DNA of 64,000 bases from Clostridia bacterium. GTDB taxonomy: Bacteria > Bacillota > Clostridia > TANB77 > UBA1234. The notes below the pieces were generated by a model. The model was not told the origin of the DNA. It searched no databases and saw nothing but the letters and a program-made list of their open reading frames with translations. The DNA lies in the NCBI GenBank assembly GCA_017521465.1, contig JAFXCN010000022.1, forward strand, positions 1,640 through 65,639, written 5' to 3'. Numbering within the stretch: position 1 is the stretch's first letter; every line of letters begins with the position of its first letter. Of this stretch, positions 40,001 through 48,368 are shown one piece after another. The position numbers were made by a program, and so were the translations under genes.

Positions 40001-40292
40001 TCCTAACTTTTTCAGCATTCTTATCATGTTCTACGCCATATGTACCAATACCATTTGATTCATCTATTTTAAACCAAAAATCTTCTTTGTTTTTAAAATC
40101 TATTTCTATATATTTACCACTACCACCCTGTGTAGTTGTAGCATAATTAAAGTTTAAAACATAAGGATTATTTTGAGTGCCCTTTCCTTCAACCGCAACA
40201 TTACCCGCATATACTGTAGTATAAAGAGATAGTAAAATAGAAAAAGTCATCATTAAAAAATATATAATTTTTATTTTATTTTTTTTCATCAT
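37029..40292 (-). CDS. VirB6/TrbL-position polytopic protein, paralog 3 of 5 (1087 aa): large inter-TM loop and very basic tail
   Basis: Core motifs QAKYIKNLQNWVVGVILLFLLP, LYYKRIIMVAILIMIFPIV, WAKEFILNITVQIAHAVVY, ERLLRSIFG; C-terminal about 300 aa is rich in K/R/G/A. Confidence 0.7.
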   Translation of the reverse strand: MMKKNKIKIIYFLMMTFSILLSLYTTVYAGNVAVEGKGTQNNPYVLNFNYATTTQGGSGKYIEIDFKNKEDFWFKIDESNGIGTYGVEHDKNAEKVRITYINGNREIYYPRNGGEGFYVQAGAIAIPDGTAIEPEKKDCKFSIYAEEKPTGSTVKWKFNEFQEGKRNKENTHILKNTFRPNSGNLYVQDLNYFVFAKCKGTVKEFYEETSKKICDNSEYEHIRYADGIADFVIDSNVPRWAQLRKILNPNFNYNNYPTEVIRFGTYSGAKTESNIKEQEKHTVEIKYHFVNNEIEPEEQAGVIEMAITKLLNGIGSVFMAVVKAFLGDDLSMDALIFNRYKMTIIDFRGRMGVFAYKEVSEIINYMYSGFERVAIVINIVILLYLGIQIVINVGGQKQAKYIKNLQNWVVGVILLFLLPKFFPFITDISNVIVGYIGSSVTPYVTQYNIASILRDDSLLGEDADTKMLDEKIKAGIEVRENDKTQALTEIAALEDELNVRHNIIMNYAEHIHNLIDDMYDGWVAEGKYTQEEAERKKSEAKAKLDLKKDINAITSYVETLRASWTPANEVEFENRIDSFKDKWALFLDVAKRPNCSPPGCAKMPTGEYTYIMQHSDACKETTVYPVRESLAFINEYREKQLKCGKLESEINTLNSYSETKDLMSEMKVKAGKTGRLAYILVWYILFFQLFTLVGLYYKRIIMVAILIMIFPIVMITYAIDKIGDGSAQTFETWAKEFILNITVQIAHAVVYVTLIQTGLSFYEANPKNWLFFIIAVLCLFPVERLLRSIFGMNGSTISSLNANVAGGFAAGLMIGRAAFKGGKLAAKGVKSTKSLVKNIKSDGFKTAVGGRKQHLKKTMGEKWQKFGDKEYKAKDAKARKRQAVADRQKRTRDTNIQRRQQQMKNAGAAKKAWLKTVNAASMVRNGMYHAGNVGRKIKGISRDPGLRNAGKAFKLLARNARKFAGLSFGVMSGATNAIVAAGKGNMINGIAQGAAVGSGVKKLVGGTSKKPQEKKQQKPNAALPSAKKTQNMPGGQKYKKAPKPVQQRVNKKATNDGKMAKTKIKGTKTLHKTTRRKTVIREENDNH

Positions 40293-40309
40293 TACTATCT
40301 CCTTTCCTT

Positions 40310-42736
40310 TTAATTGTTATTATTATTTTTTCTTATATCAGCAATTTGCTTTAGCATTCTTAATTCTCCAGCTCTTTTGCCCCTAGTTGTCGATCTGCCA
40401 CCTAATTCTGCTAATGCTTTTCTAAACATTTCTTGAGTTTCTGTATCTAATGATGCCATATCAAGTCCTGCATCTCTAAATTCTTTATCTAAGTCACCGC
40501 TCATTATTTTTTGTTTTAATCTATGTCCCCTATATAAATTACTAATTCCTTTAATCGGTGCTCTCACAACTCCAGTTACAGTTTTTCCAACCGCTTTTCC
40601 TGCAACAGCAAATCCAACAGCTTTTCCAACATCACCCGTCGCTAATCCTGCTGCAAGTCCAACTGTTGCACCAACTGCACTACCAACATGTCCAACAGCC
40701 TTACCAATTTTTCCTGCAACACCTCTGCCTTTTCTAGTTTTTTGTCTTTGTCTTAGCGCTTGTCCTATTACTACACTTTGTGCGCGTGCAAAAGCTGCAT
40801 TTGGATCATTTGTTATTTCTTCTGGTTCAGTTCTTGGGCCTTCTTCTTGTTCGGTATTTCCAGCATCTCCTGAACCTCCTCCAGAACCATTAGAATTTCC
40901 AGAGTTGCCTCCTCCTGAAGAACTTGTAGTTTGCGGTCTACTTCCCGAAGCTGCCTTTTCATCAGCTTCTTTTATCTGCTTATCCTCGTCATTTTCGCCT
41001 TTATCTCCAGCAAACAATTTCTTAGCTGTTCCTAGTACTGCATATCCTGCAGCACCTGCTTTTGCTAAATCTCCAATTGTATTAGCACTTGACTTCATTC
41101 CAAATATTGAACGTAATATTTTTTCACCTTGAAACAAAAATATTACGCATAAAAGCATAAATAACCAGTTATCTTGCTCTATGTATACTTGAACACCAGC
41201 ATTAACTACAACTACATAAACCGCCGCATGAAATGCTTGTGTAAATACTAAAACTACATATTCTTTTAACCAAGTAGAAAAAGCTCTTGAACTACCAGAT
41301 ATTAATTTTTCTACTATATACATAATTGCTATAATTGGAAAAATAGTAATTAAAAATCCCATCATAAATACTCTTTTATAATATACAAAAATAATTACTA
41401 TTAATTCACCTAGCATGACGTAGTATACAAATGTTAATGACATTTTTCCTAGGTTAGCAGCTAATTCTCTAATATAAAGCATCATATCTCTCTTTGCTGC
41501 TGCATCTGATGGCTCAAATGGTTTCCCTTTTATAGAATTTACGAAATCTGCTTCACCGAATGAAGCCGATGCATTATCTAATGTAGTTTGATCTATTTCA
41601 GGAGTAGCTTCTGGTTCTTGAATTTGTACTGATTCCAAGTCTGTATTTATCATTTCAACAAGTAAATTGTTTAATAATAATGTATATTTCATAACGTATG
41701 GAAATAAGCATAAAATAACAACTCCAGATAGCCACGCTTGTAACACGTCTTTGTATTTCGCTTTTTTGTCTCCAGTACTTGAGAAAACTATTTTTATCCC
41801 TACAATCAACAAAGCTACCATGTACACGACAACTGCTATTGCAAAAAATACCGAATACCAATCATTTACTACAGGTTTCATAATTGACATTACACTATTG
41901 GCTTGTTCTGTGTTGGTATTAGTACCTACCGCTGTGTCTTCCCAAAAGTTTATACTAAGTTTACCAACTCTTCCGAAAATAACTTTATCCATTGTAACTG
42001 GTTCTCCCACTGCTGAACAAACAACAGAAAGAATACCATCAGCCAATGCTATAAACAGTTTGTTTACTAGCGATTCAATTAAATCTTTAACTTTATTCAA
42101 TGTGTCTGTAAGCCAACGCCAAAAAGCAGTCCAGCCGTTTTCTTCCATTGAATTTTGACTTATTTCTGAAAAAGTACTAGAAACTAACCATTTTTCATTT
42201 AAAATTTGAACTGTTTCTTCAACGCTTTCGGATCCAATATCAATACTAGCTTTGAAAAACATTGGTTTTTTTTCATATTCAGATAAATTACCAGCTACCT
42301 CTAATAAATATCCATATTTACTTTCACCTGCATTAAAATTATTTGCTGCCTGCCTCTTCAACAAACTCCTTGTTTGCTCAACACCATTTTCATCATCATA
42401 TTTTGTATAAAGATTTAATTTTATTTGATTTTCTTCAACTTCACTTGTCTCCTCATTATATGTTTGCATAAAAAAAGTAATTGAGCCAGAAGCACTGTAT
42501 TTGTATATTATTCTAGGGTAATCAGTTTTTTCTATTGGTAATACTATTTTCATAAACACAGCATTGTATGTTTTGGTATCATCTTTGTATGAAAATTCAT
42601 AAAATTTTTCTCTGGTAGGAATGAGCTCAATATTCTCTAACCAACTTGCTAATTCTTCACTTGGATTATTGCTAGTTGCATATGAAATTTTCCCCAACGT
42701 TATAAAAGGTAATATTATAAAAATCAATATTAACAT
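40310..42736 (-). CDS. VirB6/TrbL-position polytopic protein, paralog 2 of 5 (808 aa): ectodomain, TM core, Gly/Ser-rich then Gly/Lys-rich tail
   Basis: Core motifs KAKYKDVLQAWLSGVVILCLFPYVMKY, VYYKRVFMMGFLITIFPII, WLKEYVVLVFTQAFHAAVY, FLFQGEKILRSIFG. The true start may lie upstream at a non-ATG codon (see findings). Confidence 0.7.
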   Translation of the reverse strand: MLILIFIILPFITLGKISYATSNNPSEELASWLENIELIPTREKFYEFSYKDDTKTYNAVFMKIVLPIEKTDYPRIIYKYSASGSITFFMQTYNEETSEVEENQIKLNLYTKYDDENGVEQTRSLLKRQAANNFNAGESKYGYLLEVAGNLSEYEKKPMFFKASIDIGSESVEETVQILNEKWLVSSTFSEISQNSMEENGWTAFWRWLTDTLNKVKDLIESLVNKLFIALADGILSVVCSAVGEPVTMDKVIFGRVGKLSINFWEDTAVGTNTNTEQANSVMSIMKPVVNDWYSVFFAIAVVVYMVALLIVGIKIVFSSTGDKKAKYKDVLQAWLSGVVILCLFPYVMKYTLLLNNLLVEMINTDLESVQIQEPEATPEIDQTTLDNASASFGEADFVNSIKGKPFEPSDAAAKRDMMLYIRELAANLGKMSLTFVYYVMLGELIVIIFVYYKRVFMMGFLITIFPIIAIMYIVEKLISGSSRAFSTWLKEYVVLVFTQAFHAAVYVVVVNAGVQVYIEQDNWLFMLLCVIFLFQGEKILRSIFGMKSSANTIGDLAKAGAAGYAVLGTAKKLFAGDKGENDEDKQIKEADEKAASGSRPQTTSSSGGGNSGNSNGSGGGSGDAGNTEQEEGPRTEPEEITNDPNAAFARAQSVVIGQALRQRQKTRKGRGVAGKIGKAVGHVGSAVGATVGLAAGLATGDVGKAVGFAVAGKAVGKTVTGVVRAPIKGISNLYRGHRLKQKIMSGDLDKEFRDAGLDMASLDTETQEMFRKALAELGGRSTTRGKRAGELRMLKQIADIRKNNNNN

Positions 42737-42799
42737 CGTTGATAACTTCTTTATTAAATTGTTTTTTATAATATCACCCCCTTCATATACTTCTATTTA

Positions 42800-44044
42800 T
42801 TATTTTTTACCAGGTATAGCTCTCTTTATATTTCCTGCTGCACCTTGAATCTTTCCTTTTATTGCTTTTCCTGTACCTCCGATGCCTTTATCTGTACCAG
42901 TATCTACTCCTAATAATTTTCTAATGATTTTTTCACCTTCTGATATAAAGTTTATAGCAACAATTATTATAATCCAATTCATTTTATCTGCTGAAGATTT
43001 TATATCTGCTTGAACCCTTGAAATTGCAACACTGGCAATTATAGCATATATAACCGCATGTACTGATTGAATAAATATATTCACAAACATTTCTTTTGCC
43101 CACGCCGAAAATACTTGACCAGTTTTTCCTCTAAGAATATCAATAATATAAAACATTGTAACTAAAGGAAATACAATAAAAAGTATTGCAATTATGAAGT
43201 ATCTTTTATAATACTTAATTACTAAAACAATTAATTGTGAGAACAAAATCATCCATATTATTGCATATATCGCTTTTTTGGTTATTCCTGCATACGCTCT
43301 CATTATTCTAGCCAAATCTGCTTCACTTTTATAAGCGTCTAGTGATTTTTGATAAATTACATTAGCTTCATGTCCACCTAAATTTGTGCTACCTGTAAAT
43401 CTAGAAACATATTCTGGACTTCTAAATTCTATTTCTTCAGTGCTCCATTCACCTTCTGTAGTTCCTATTCTTGTTCCCGCTTCATCTTCTCCATTATAAT
43501 TTTTAGCAATCATACTAACTATGCCTTCATTTAATTCAAATGCATATTTTAATATTACATTTGGAAACAAAAATAATAACAATACTCCCGCAAGCCATTT
43601 TACAGCAAGTTCTTTTAATTTTTCCATTCCTCCAGCAGTACTTCCTAATACTACTTTTATTCCCATTCCTAAAAGAACTATTAAATATGTTGCTATTGCT
43701 AGAGTCATGAAAAAACTATACCAGTTATTTATCTGGTCTCTCATAATTTCGGTTGTAGCATTATTTATTGTTAAATCTTCGTTAAAAAAGTTTGGATCCA
43801 AAGAAGGAGTTTTATTGAACAACAATTTTTGAATTGTAACTCTTTCACCAACAATTTCATTAAGCATATTAGTTGCAAAATCACATACGCTAAGATACAA
43901 GTCTGTTACTGCCTCATCTAAAGCATTTGATTCATCAACTTTGTATCCACTTATCTCTATATCAGCATAAACAACAGGAGGCATTATATTAATAGCCATA
44001 ATTAGTGAAACAAAAAATATTAATGCCACAGCTATTTTTTTCAT
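42800..44044 (-). CDS. VirB6/TrbL-position polytopic protein, paralog 1 of 5 (414 aa, minimal form)
   Basis: Signal peptide, short ectodomain, core motifs MEKLKELAVKWLAGVLLLFLFPNVILKY, IKYYKRYFIIAILFIVFPLV, WAKEMFVNIFIQSVHAVIY, FISEGEKIIRKLLG; directly follows virB4. Confidence 0.7.
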   Translation of the reverse strand: MKKIAVALIFFVSLIMAINIMPPVVYADIEISGYKVDESNALDEAVTDLYLSVCDFATNMLNEIVGERVTIQKLLFNKTPSLDPNFFNEDLTINNATTEIMRDQINNWYSFFMTLAIATYLIVLLGMGIKVVLGSTAGGMEKLKELAVKWLAGVLLLFLFPNVILKYAFELNEGIVSMIAKNYNGEDEAGTRIGTTEGEWSTEEIEFRSPEYVSRFTGSTNLGGHEANVIYQKSLDAYKSEADLARIMRAYAGITKKAIYAIIWMILFSQLIVLVIKYYKRYFIIAILFIVFPLVTMFYIIDILRGKTGQVFSAWAKEMFVNIFIQSVHAVIYAIIASVAISRVQADIKSSADKMNWIIIIVAINFISEGEKIIRKLLGVDTGTDKGIGGTGKAIKGKIQGAAGNIKRAIPGKK

Positions 44045-44080
44045 ATACTACCTCCTTTAATAATTATTTATAATATTAAA

Positions 44081-46057
44081 TTATCCATTTTGTTGAACAA
44101 TCTTGTTAACGTTTGTTTCAATAAAGCTAAATTCTCTTTCTGTTGGTCTTATTTCTAATATTGCTGTCTCATTTCCAACTTTTAAAAGACCTTCACCTCT
44201 AGTGCATGTAAGCAGATAATTTGCTTCACCATCACTTAATTTAAATACTTCTTTTAAATATTCTATTTCTGATTTGTCTTGAGCTAAGAATAATTTTGTA
44301 TCTGAAGATGTTAATACCGCTTGTGCTTCTTTATTTTCATAGAAGTCTTGGAATTTTTGCGAAATAACCGCAAGCGAAACATTTCTCTTTCTGGCACGTC
44401 TTGCCATTGTATTTAAGAAGTCTACAGCTTCTGGATAAGGTAAAAGCATCCATGCTTCATCGACAAGCACTCTCTTTTGTCTTGCTTTTGCTTTATCTTC
44501 ACTATTTTTCTTAACATATTTTTCCCAAATCCATGATAACAATATTTGTTGAGCAAGAGGTCTTGCAAATCTTTCTTCAAGTTGTGAAATATCTAAATTG
44601 ATAAATGGGGAACCATCTAACAATTCAAATGTAGATTGTCCATCGAAATAAGCCATTTGTCCGTCATACTCTCTTACATATTGTTTCATAACTTTTACTA
44701 AATAACTAAAATGGAATTGATAGTCTATATTATCATTCATTTCAGCTTTTCTTAAAATTCTTCTATACCATGAACCAATTGTAGGCATATCTTTTTTCTT
44801 TCTTGTTAAAGAATTTCCAAGTTCTACTTTATCATCATCGTATAAACTATTAGGATTGTTTGTTATACCAGCGGCTTGATATTCTTCACCTACAGATTCA
44901 GCTATGATTTGTTTTGTAATTTCGTTTACATCTTCTGATCTTGTACTACCTCTTGCCATAGTAACAAGAGCATTTGTTACGTCTTCAACTTTATTTTCTA
45001 CATTTAGTACTGTTCTATCTTTACCAGTAATTTCATCCCTAATTATTTCTGGTTCTATATCAAATAAATTAATAACTGTTTTTGAATTCGGACTAATTAC
45101 TACATTTATTCCGCCTAAACTTTCAGCAACAACACCATATTCACCTTCGGCATCTAGTGCTAAACTTTCAATTCCCATAAGAACTGAAGAACGAGATGTG
45201 ATTGTTTTGATTGTAACACCTTTACCAGCACCAGACTTACCAAATATAACCATGTTATAGTTGGTTAGTGATGAGTGGAAATTATTATAAAGTATTGGTA
45301 ATCCAGTTTGTTTATCAAAACCTATTGGTATTCCTGTTGGATGTCCAACTTCTGATGAAACAAATGGGAAAACTGTTCCCATAGAACTTCTATCAAATGT
45401 ATGTTTTTTAGAAATATAATTTCTATTAAATGGTAAGTTTGACTTAAATGCTTCTTCTTGCATTGCCCAGGCTGATTTTACATTTATCAAGCTTTTTGAC
45501 ATTTCCATTGTTAATAATTCCGAAGCTTTGTCAAGTTCTGGAAGATCATATGCGAACAACGTGCATACAACAGAAGCTTCAAAAAGTTTATTAAAACCAG
45601 CTGCTATTTCGTCTCTTATTCTTTCTGCTTCAATTCTTTTATCTTCAATAAGTCTTTCTCTGTTGATATCTCCTCTTTTTGCTGCAACGATTCTTTCAGA
45701 CTCAAGTGAAACAATTATTTTATTTAAGCTACTTTGTGATGCTGCTTCATTTACAGGATTTATAAAAACAGATGTGTTTATATCTCCAAAATTATACATT
45801 CCTCTTAAAAAATATGGGAATGTCGCCATTCTAGGAACTCCTGTAACATAATGACTTCTCGCATATCTCGGAGAGCCACTTGAATATATTCCCATTTCAT
45901 TTATATCGCTCGTATCTATTCCTGATGGAGCAATTAAATCTTTTATTGTTTTTCTGTTTTTCATTATAGGATTCTTTTCTTCTTCTTGTTTAGCCATTGT
46001 TAATGATTGTTGATTTTCTACTTGCGAAGCATCTGCTTTCTTTTTATTAAATAACAT
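44081..46057 (-). CDS. virB4: VirB4-family type IV secretion ATPase
   Basis: About 658 aa; N-domain IKDLIAPSGID...PRYARSHYVTGVPR, Walker A FGKSGAGKGV, Walker B RVLVDEAWMLL, C-terminal LAVISQ. Start at ATG 46057, the second Met, which has proper spacing from AGGAGGA. Confidence 0.85.
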   Translation of the reverse strand: MLFNKKKADASQVENQQSLTMAKQEEEKNPIMKNRKTIKDLIAPSGIDTSDINEMGIYSSGSPRYARSHYVTGVPRMATFPYFLRGMYNFGDINTSVFINPVNEAASQSSLNKIIVSLESERIVAAKRGDINRERLIEDKRIEAERIRDEIAAGFNKLFEASVVCTLFAYDLPELDKASELLTMEMSKSLINVKSAWAMQEEAFKSNLPFNRNYISKKHTFDRSSMGTVFPFVSSEVGHPTGIPIGFDKQTGLPILYNNFHSSLTNYNMVIFGKSGAGKGVTIKTITSRSSVLMGIESLALDAEGEYGVVAESLGGINVVISPNSKTVINLFDIEPEIIRDEITGKDRTVLNVENKVEDVTNALVTMARGSTRSEDVNEITKQIIAESVGEEYQAAGITNNPNSLYDDDKVELGNSLTRKKKDMPTIGSWYRRILRKAEMNDNIDYQFHFSYLVKVMKQYVREYDGQMAYFDGQSTFELLDGSPFINLDISQLEERFARPLAQQILLSWIWEKYVKKNSEDKAKARQKRVLVDEAWMLLPYPEAVDFLNTMARRARKRNVSLAVISQKFQDFYENKEAQAVLTSSDTKLFLAQDKSEIEYLKEVFKLSDGEANYLLTCTRGEGLLKVGNETAILEIRPTEREFSFIETNVNKIVQQNG

Positions 46058-46084
46058 TTTCATTCCTCCTATCTTTCGTTCTTC

Positions 46085-47386
46085 TTATTCTAGTATACTA
46101 TCGTAAATGTTGCCTGTAGCTGTCTCGTCATCTTCATCATCATTTTCATTTTCGTTAAGTTGAACTTCTTTTGTGTTAATCGCCTCAACTTCTTCTGACA
46201 TATCTTCCACAAATTCATCCGGATCAATAACAGGTTGATGCATTTTATTATTTAATTCTGTTAAAGCTTCATCAACAACAGCCGCTTCAAACTGATCTTG
46301 ATTATCAAGAATTAATTGCATTGCTCTTCTCTTTGTTTCATCTTCAATCTCTTCTTCTTCTGTTAATCCCATTTTTTCTGCTGTAGCATATTTTATATTT
46401 CCTATAGCTGTTTGTAATGCTAACTCTGCTTCTGCAACTGCATTTTCATCAATTTTTGCTTGTAATATAGCATCTTTCTTTGCTTTTACATCTTGTGCTG
46501 TTGAATATAATCTGTAATATCCATTGTCTAACGCTCTTTTCAAATTGTATGTATCAGCTTCATCTTTGTTGTATGCAATATATAGCAATTCTGCCAATTC
46601 TTCTGATTTTAGTATTGTAGCTTCAACACCACATGGTGCAAGAGCAGCTGCAATACTTCTACATCTCGTATATAATTCAGAATATGCCAAGTCACGAACT
46701 TCTTCTTTTTTGAAATTAGTTGCAAGTCCAAGTTCTGATGAATGGTATGATATAACAACGTAGTACTTTCTTTGTAGAATATTTCTATTCATACTCATTC
46801 TTTCAATGTATTTTACAATGTCTGCACCATAATCTAATAAAGTTCTTTTTTTCTTCAATTCAAATTCCATTTGTTGTTTTTGTGCTGGTGTAGCTCTACC
46901 TGTCGCTTTAGTTTTCATAACTGCATCAGCGTATTTTTCGTATTCAGTATTAAGGGCTTCTAATCTTTTTCTATACACACTTATACCTTCGTCCAAATCT
47001 AGCGATCTTGCTTGTACATATAATTGAATTGGATATTTTAATGTATTTAAAAAGTTTCCAAATCCTTCTTCTACTGCAAGCATTTCTGTTTCTGACATAA
47101 GGTCATAGTTAATTCCCATACATTTTAATATCATTACATATCTGTTACCATTTTCTTGAATGATCATATCGTCTTCAATTTCGTCAAATTCCATAAAGTT
47201 TTTTACGTCCTCTTTTGGCAACTCTTTTTTTGCTGCAATTCTTTCTTGTTCTTTCTTGCTGTTATTTTCTAATTGTTGAACAGTTCCTTTTTTACTTTGA
47301 ATTGCAAATGTAATCATCGCTCCTATTAATGCAGCAACAACCGCAATTAAAATTATAAGAACCATCATCCACACATCAAACATCAT
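46085..47386 (-). CDS. T4SS-associated membrane-anchored protein, VirB4 N-domain-like pattern without ATPase motifs
   Basis: 433 aa; one N-terminal TM helix; FDEIEDDMIIQENGNRYVMILKCMGINYDLMSETE...FLNTLKYPIQLYVQ...RKYYVVISY; no Walker motifs; acidic tail NENENDDEDDE. Confidence 0.45.
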   Translation of the reverse strand: MMFDVWMMVLIILIAVVAALIGAMITFAIQSKKGTVQQLENNSKKEQERIAAKKELPKEDVKNFMEFDEIEDDMIIQENGNRYVMILKCMGINYDLMSETEMLAVEEGFGNFLNTLKYPIQLYVQARSLDLDEGISVYRKRLEALNTEYEKYADAVMKTKATGRATPAQKQQMEFELKKKRTLLDYGADIVKYIERMSMNRNILQRKYYVVISYHSSELGLATNFKKEEVRDLAYSELYTRCRSIAAALAPCGVEATILKSEELAELLYIAYNKDEADTYNLKRALDNGYYRLYSTAQDVKAKKDAILQAKIDENAVAEAELALQTAIGNIKYATAEKMGLTEEEEIEDETKRRAMQLILDNQDQFEAAVVDEALTELNNKMHQPVIDPDEFVEDMSEEVEAINTKEVQLNENENDDEDDETATGNIYDSILE

Positions 47387-47402
47387 AGTCCTTCATCCTC
47401 CC

Positions 47403-47765
47403 TTATTCTTCATTCGTATCTATAACTTCATTTGTCTCTAGTATTTTATTAACATATATTTTTTTCGTTTGTCTAAACTTTACAAATCTAACTATTATTT
47501 TCCATATAGATTCCCCACCAACTTTTTTAAAAAGTGGCATAGCGTTTGTATCCGGCACCTTTGCTTGGCCAATTGTAAATCCTAGCAAACCAAAAACGCC
47601 AATGAATATCCATCCAAGTATCGCCGCACCTGCCATTGCACAAATATTATACAACAAGAACCCAATACCAGCACCAATAAGTGTACCTATAAGTCCTTGT
47701 ACTGTAAATATAATTAATATTCTTCCTTCACCTTCAACATCTCTCGGAATTAAATGTGTTCCCAT
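47403..47765 (-). CDS. PrgI/VirB3-like small membrane protein
   Basis: 120 aa; IPRDVEGEGRILIIFTVQGLIG followed by two TM helices; positioned just upstream of virB4 as in Gram-positive T4SS modules. Confidence 0.7.
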   Translation of the reverse strand: MGTHLIPRDVEGEGRILIIFTVQGLIGTLIGAGIGFLLYNICAMAGAAILGWIFIGVFGLLGFTIGQAKVPDTNAMPLFKKVGGESIWKIIVRFVKFRQTKKIYVNKILETNEVIDTNEE

Positions 47766-47807
47766 ATTACACCTCCATACAAAAAATAAGCATACTATCT
47801 CTAAAAC

Positions 47808-47836
47808 ATTATATCATGATATATATTTTTTTTGTA
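47808..47836 (-). promoter_or_regulatory. Putative internal promoter for the prgI-like to paralog-5 genes
   Basis: Minus strand extended -10 TGaTATAAT (47816-47808) with a weak -35 TACAAA 17 nt upstream. Confidence 0.4.
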
Positions 47837-47882
47837 GAAAAAGAGGGAAAAAACTCATTCACAATAACATTTTTAATATTGC

Positions 47883-47910
47883 TGTAACAATGTTGTAACT
47901 TTATTGTAAC
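47883..47910 (-). promoter_or_regulatory. Three GTTACA hexamers (minus-strand reading) at exact 11-bp phasing
   Basis: Plus strand TGTAAC at 47883, 47894 and 47905; lies between the pilin terminator and the internal promoter. Confidence 0.4.
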
Positions 47911-47920
47911 ATTTCGAAAA

Positions 47921-47970
47921 AAAGAATAAAAAAAGAACAAATTCACCAATGATGAATTTGTTCTTTTTTT
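47921..47970 (-). terminator. Rho-independent terminator/attenuator after the three pilin genes
   Basis: AGAACAAATTCA (47934-45), 7-nt loop, TGAATTTGTTCT (47953-64), flanked by A-rich and T-rich runs. Confidence 0.7.
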
Positions 47971-47986
47971 ATTTGTTCGACACACA

Positions 47987-48316
47987 TTAGGTCGATGCTG
48001 CTCCGAATACTGCACTTGCAATTGTTACCGCACCTGCAATCAATACAGCACCAACTACGATTGGTACAAGTGTTTCTTTAGCTTTAGCTTTTTCACCTGC
48101 TCCAGCTGTTACATACTTAACACCAACCCAGATTAACATGGCAATTGCTACTATGTATCCACCCCATTGCATTACACCTAATACTTTTATAGCTGTTCCT
48201 TCAACTCCTGAAAGTGCTGATGGTTGTACTCCTGTAAGGTTGTACGCATAAACACTGCTAGCCATTAAAAACATAGCAATTATCATAACTATCATTAACA
48301 TTTTTTTCATAATCAT
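47987..48316 (-). CDS. VirB2/TrbC-like pilin paralog 3
   Basis: 109 aa; signal peptide, two hydrophobic helices joined by the loop GAGEKAKAKETLVP. Confidence 0.7.
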   Translation of the reverse strand: MIMKKMLMIVMIIAMFLMASSVYAYNLTGVQPSALSGVEGTAIKVLGVMQWGGYIVAIAMLIWVGVKYVTAGAGEKAKAKETLVPIVVGAVLIAGAVTIASAVFGAAST

Positions 48317-48368
48317 TTCACCTCCTTGTATAAAAATATATATTTTAATTAATTTTGAAATCTAAATA

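Noticed and set aside
47809-48021. 70-aa minus-strand ORF between the pilin and prgI-like genes
   Set aside because: It spans the terminator hairpin, the phased hexamers and the promoter region. It has no SD, and its composition-driven sequence has no recognisable motif.
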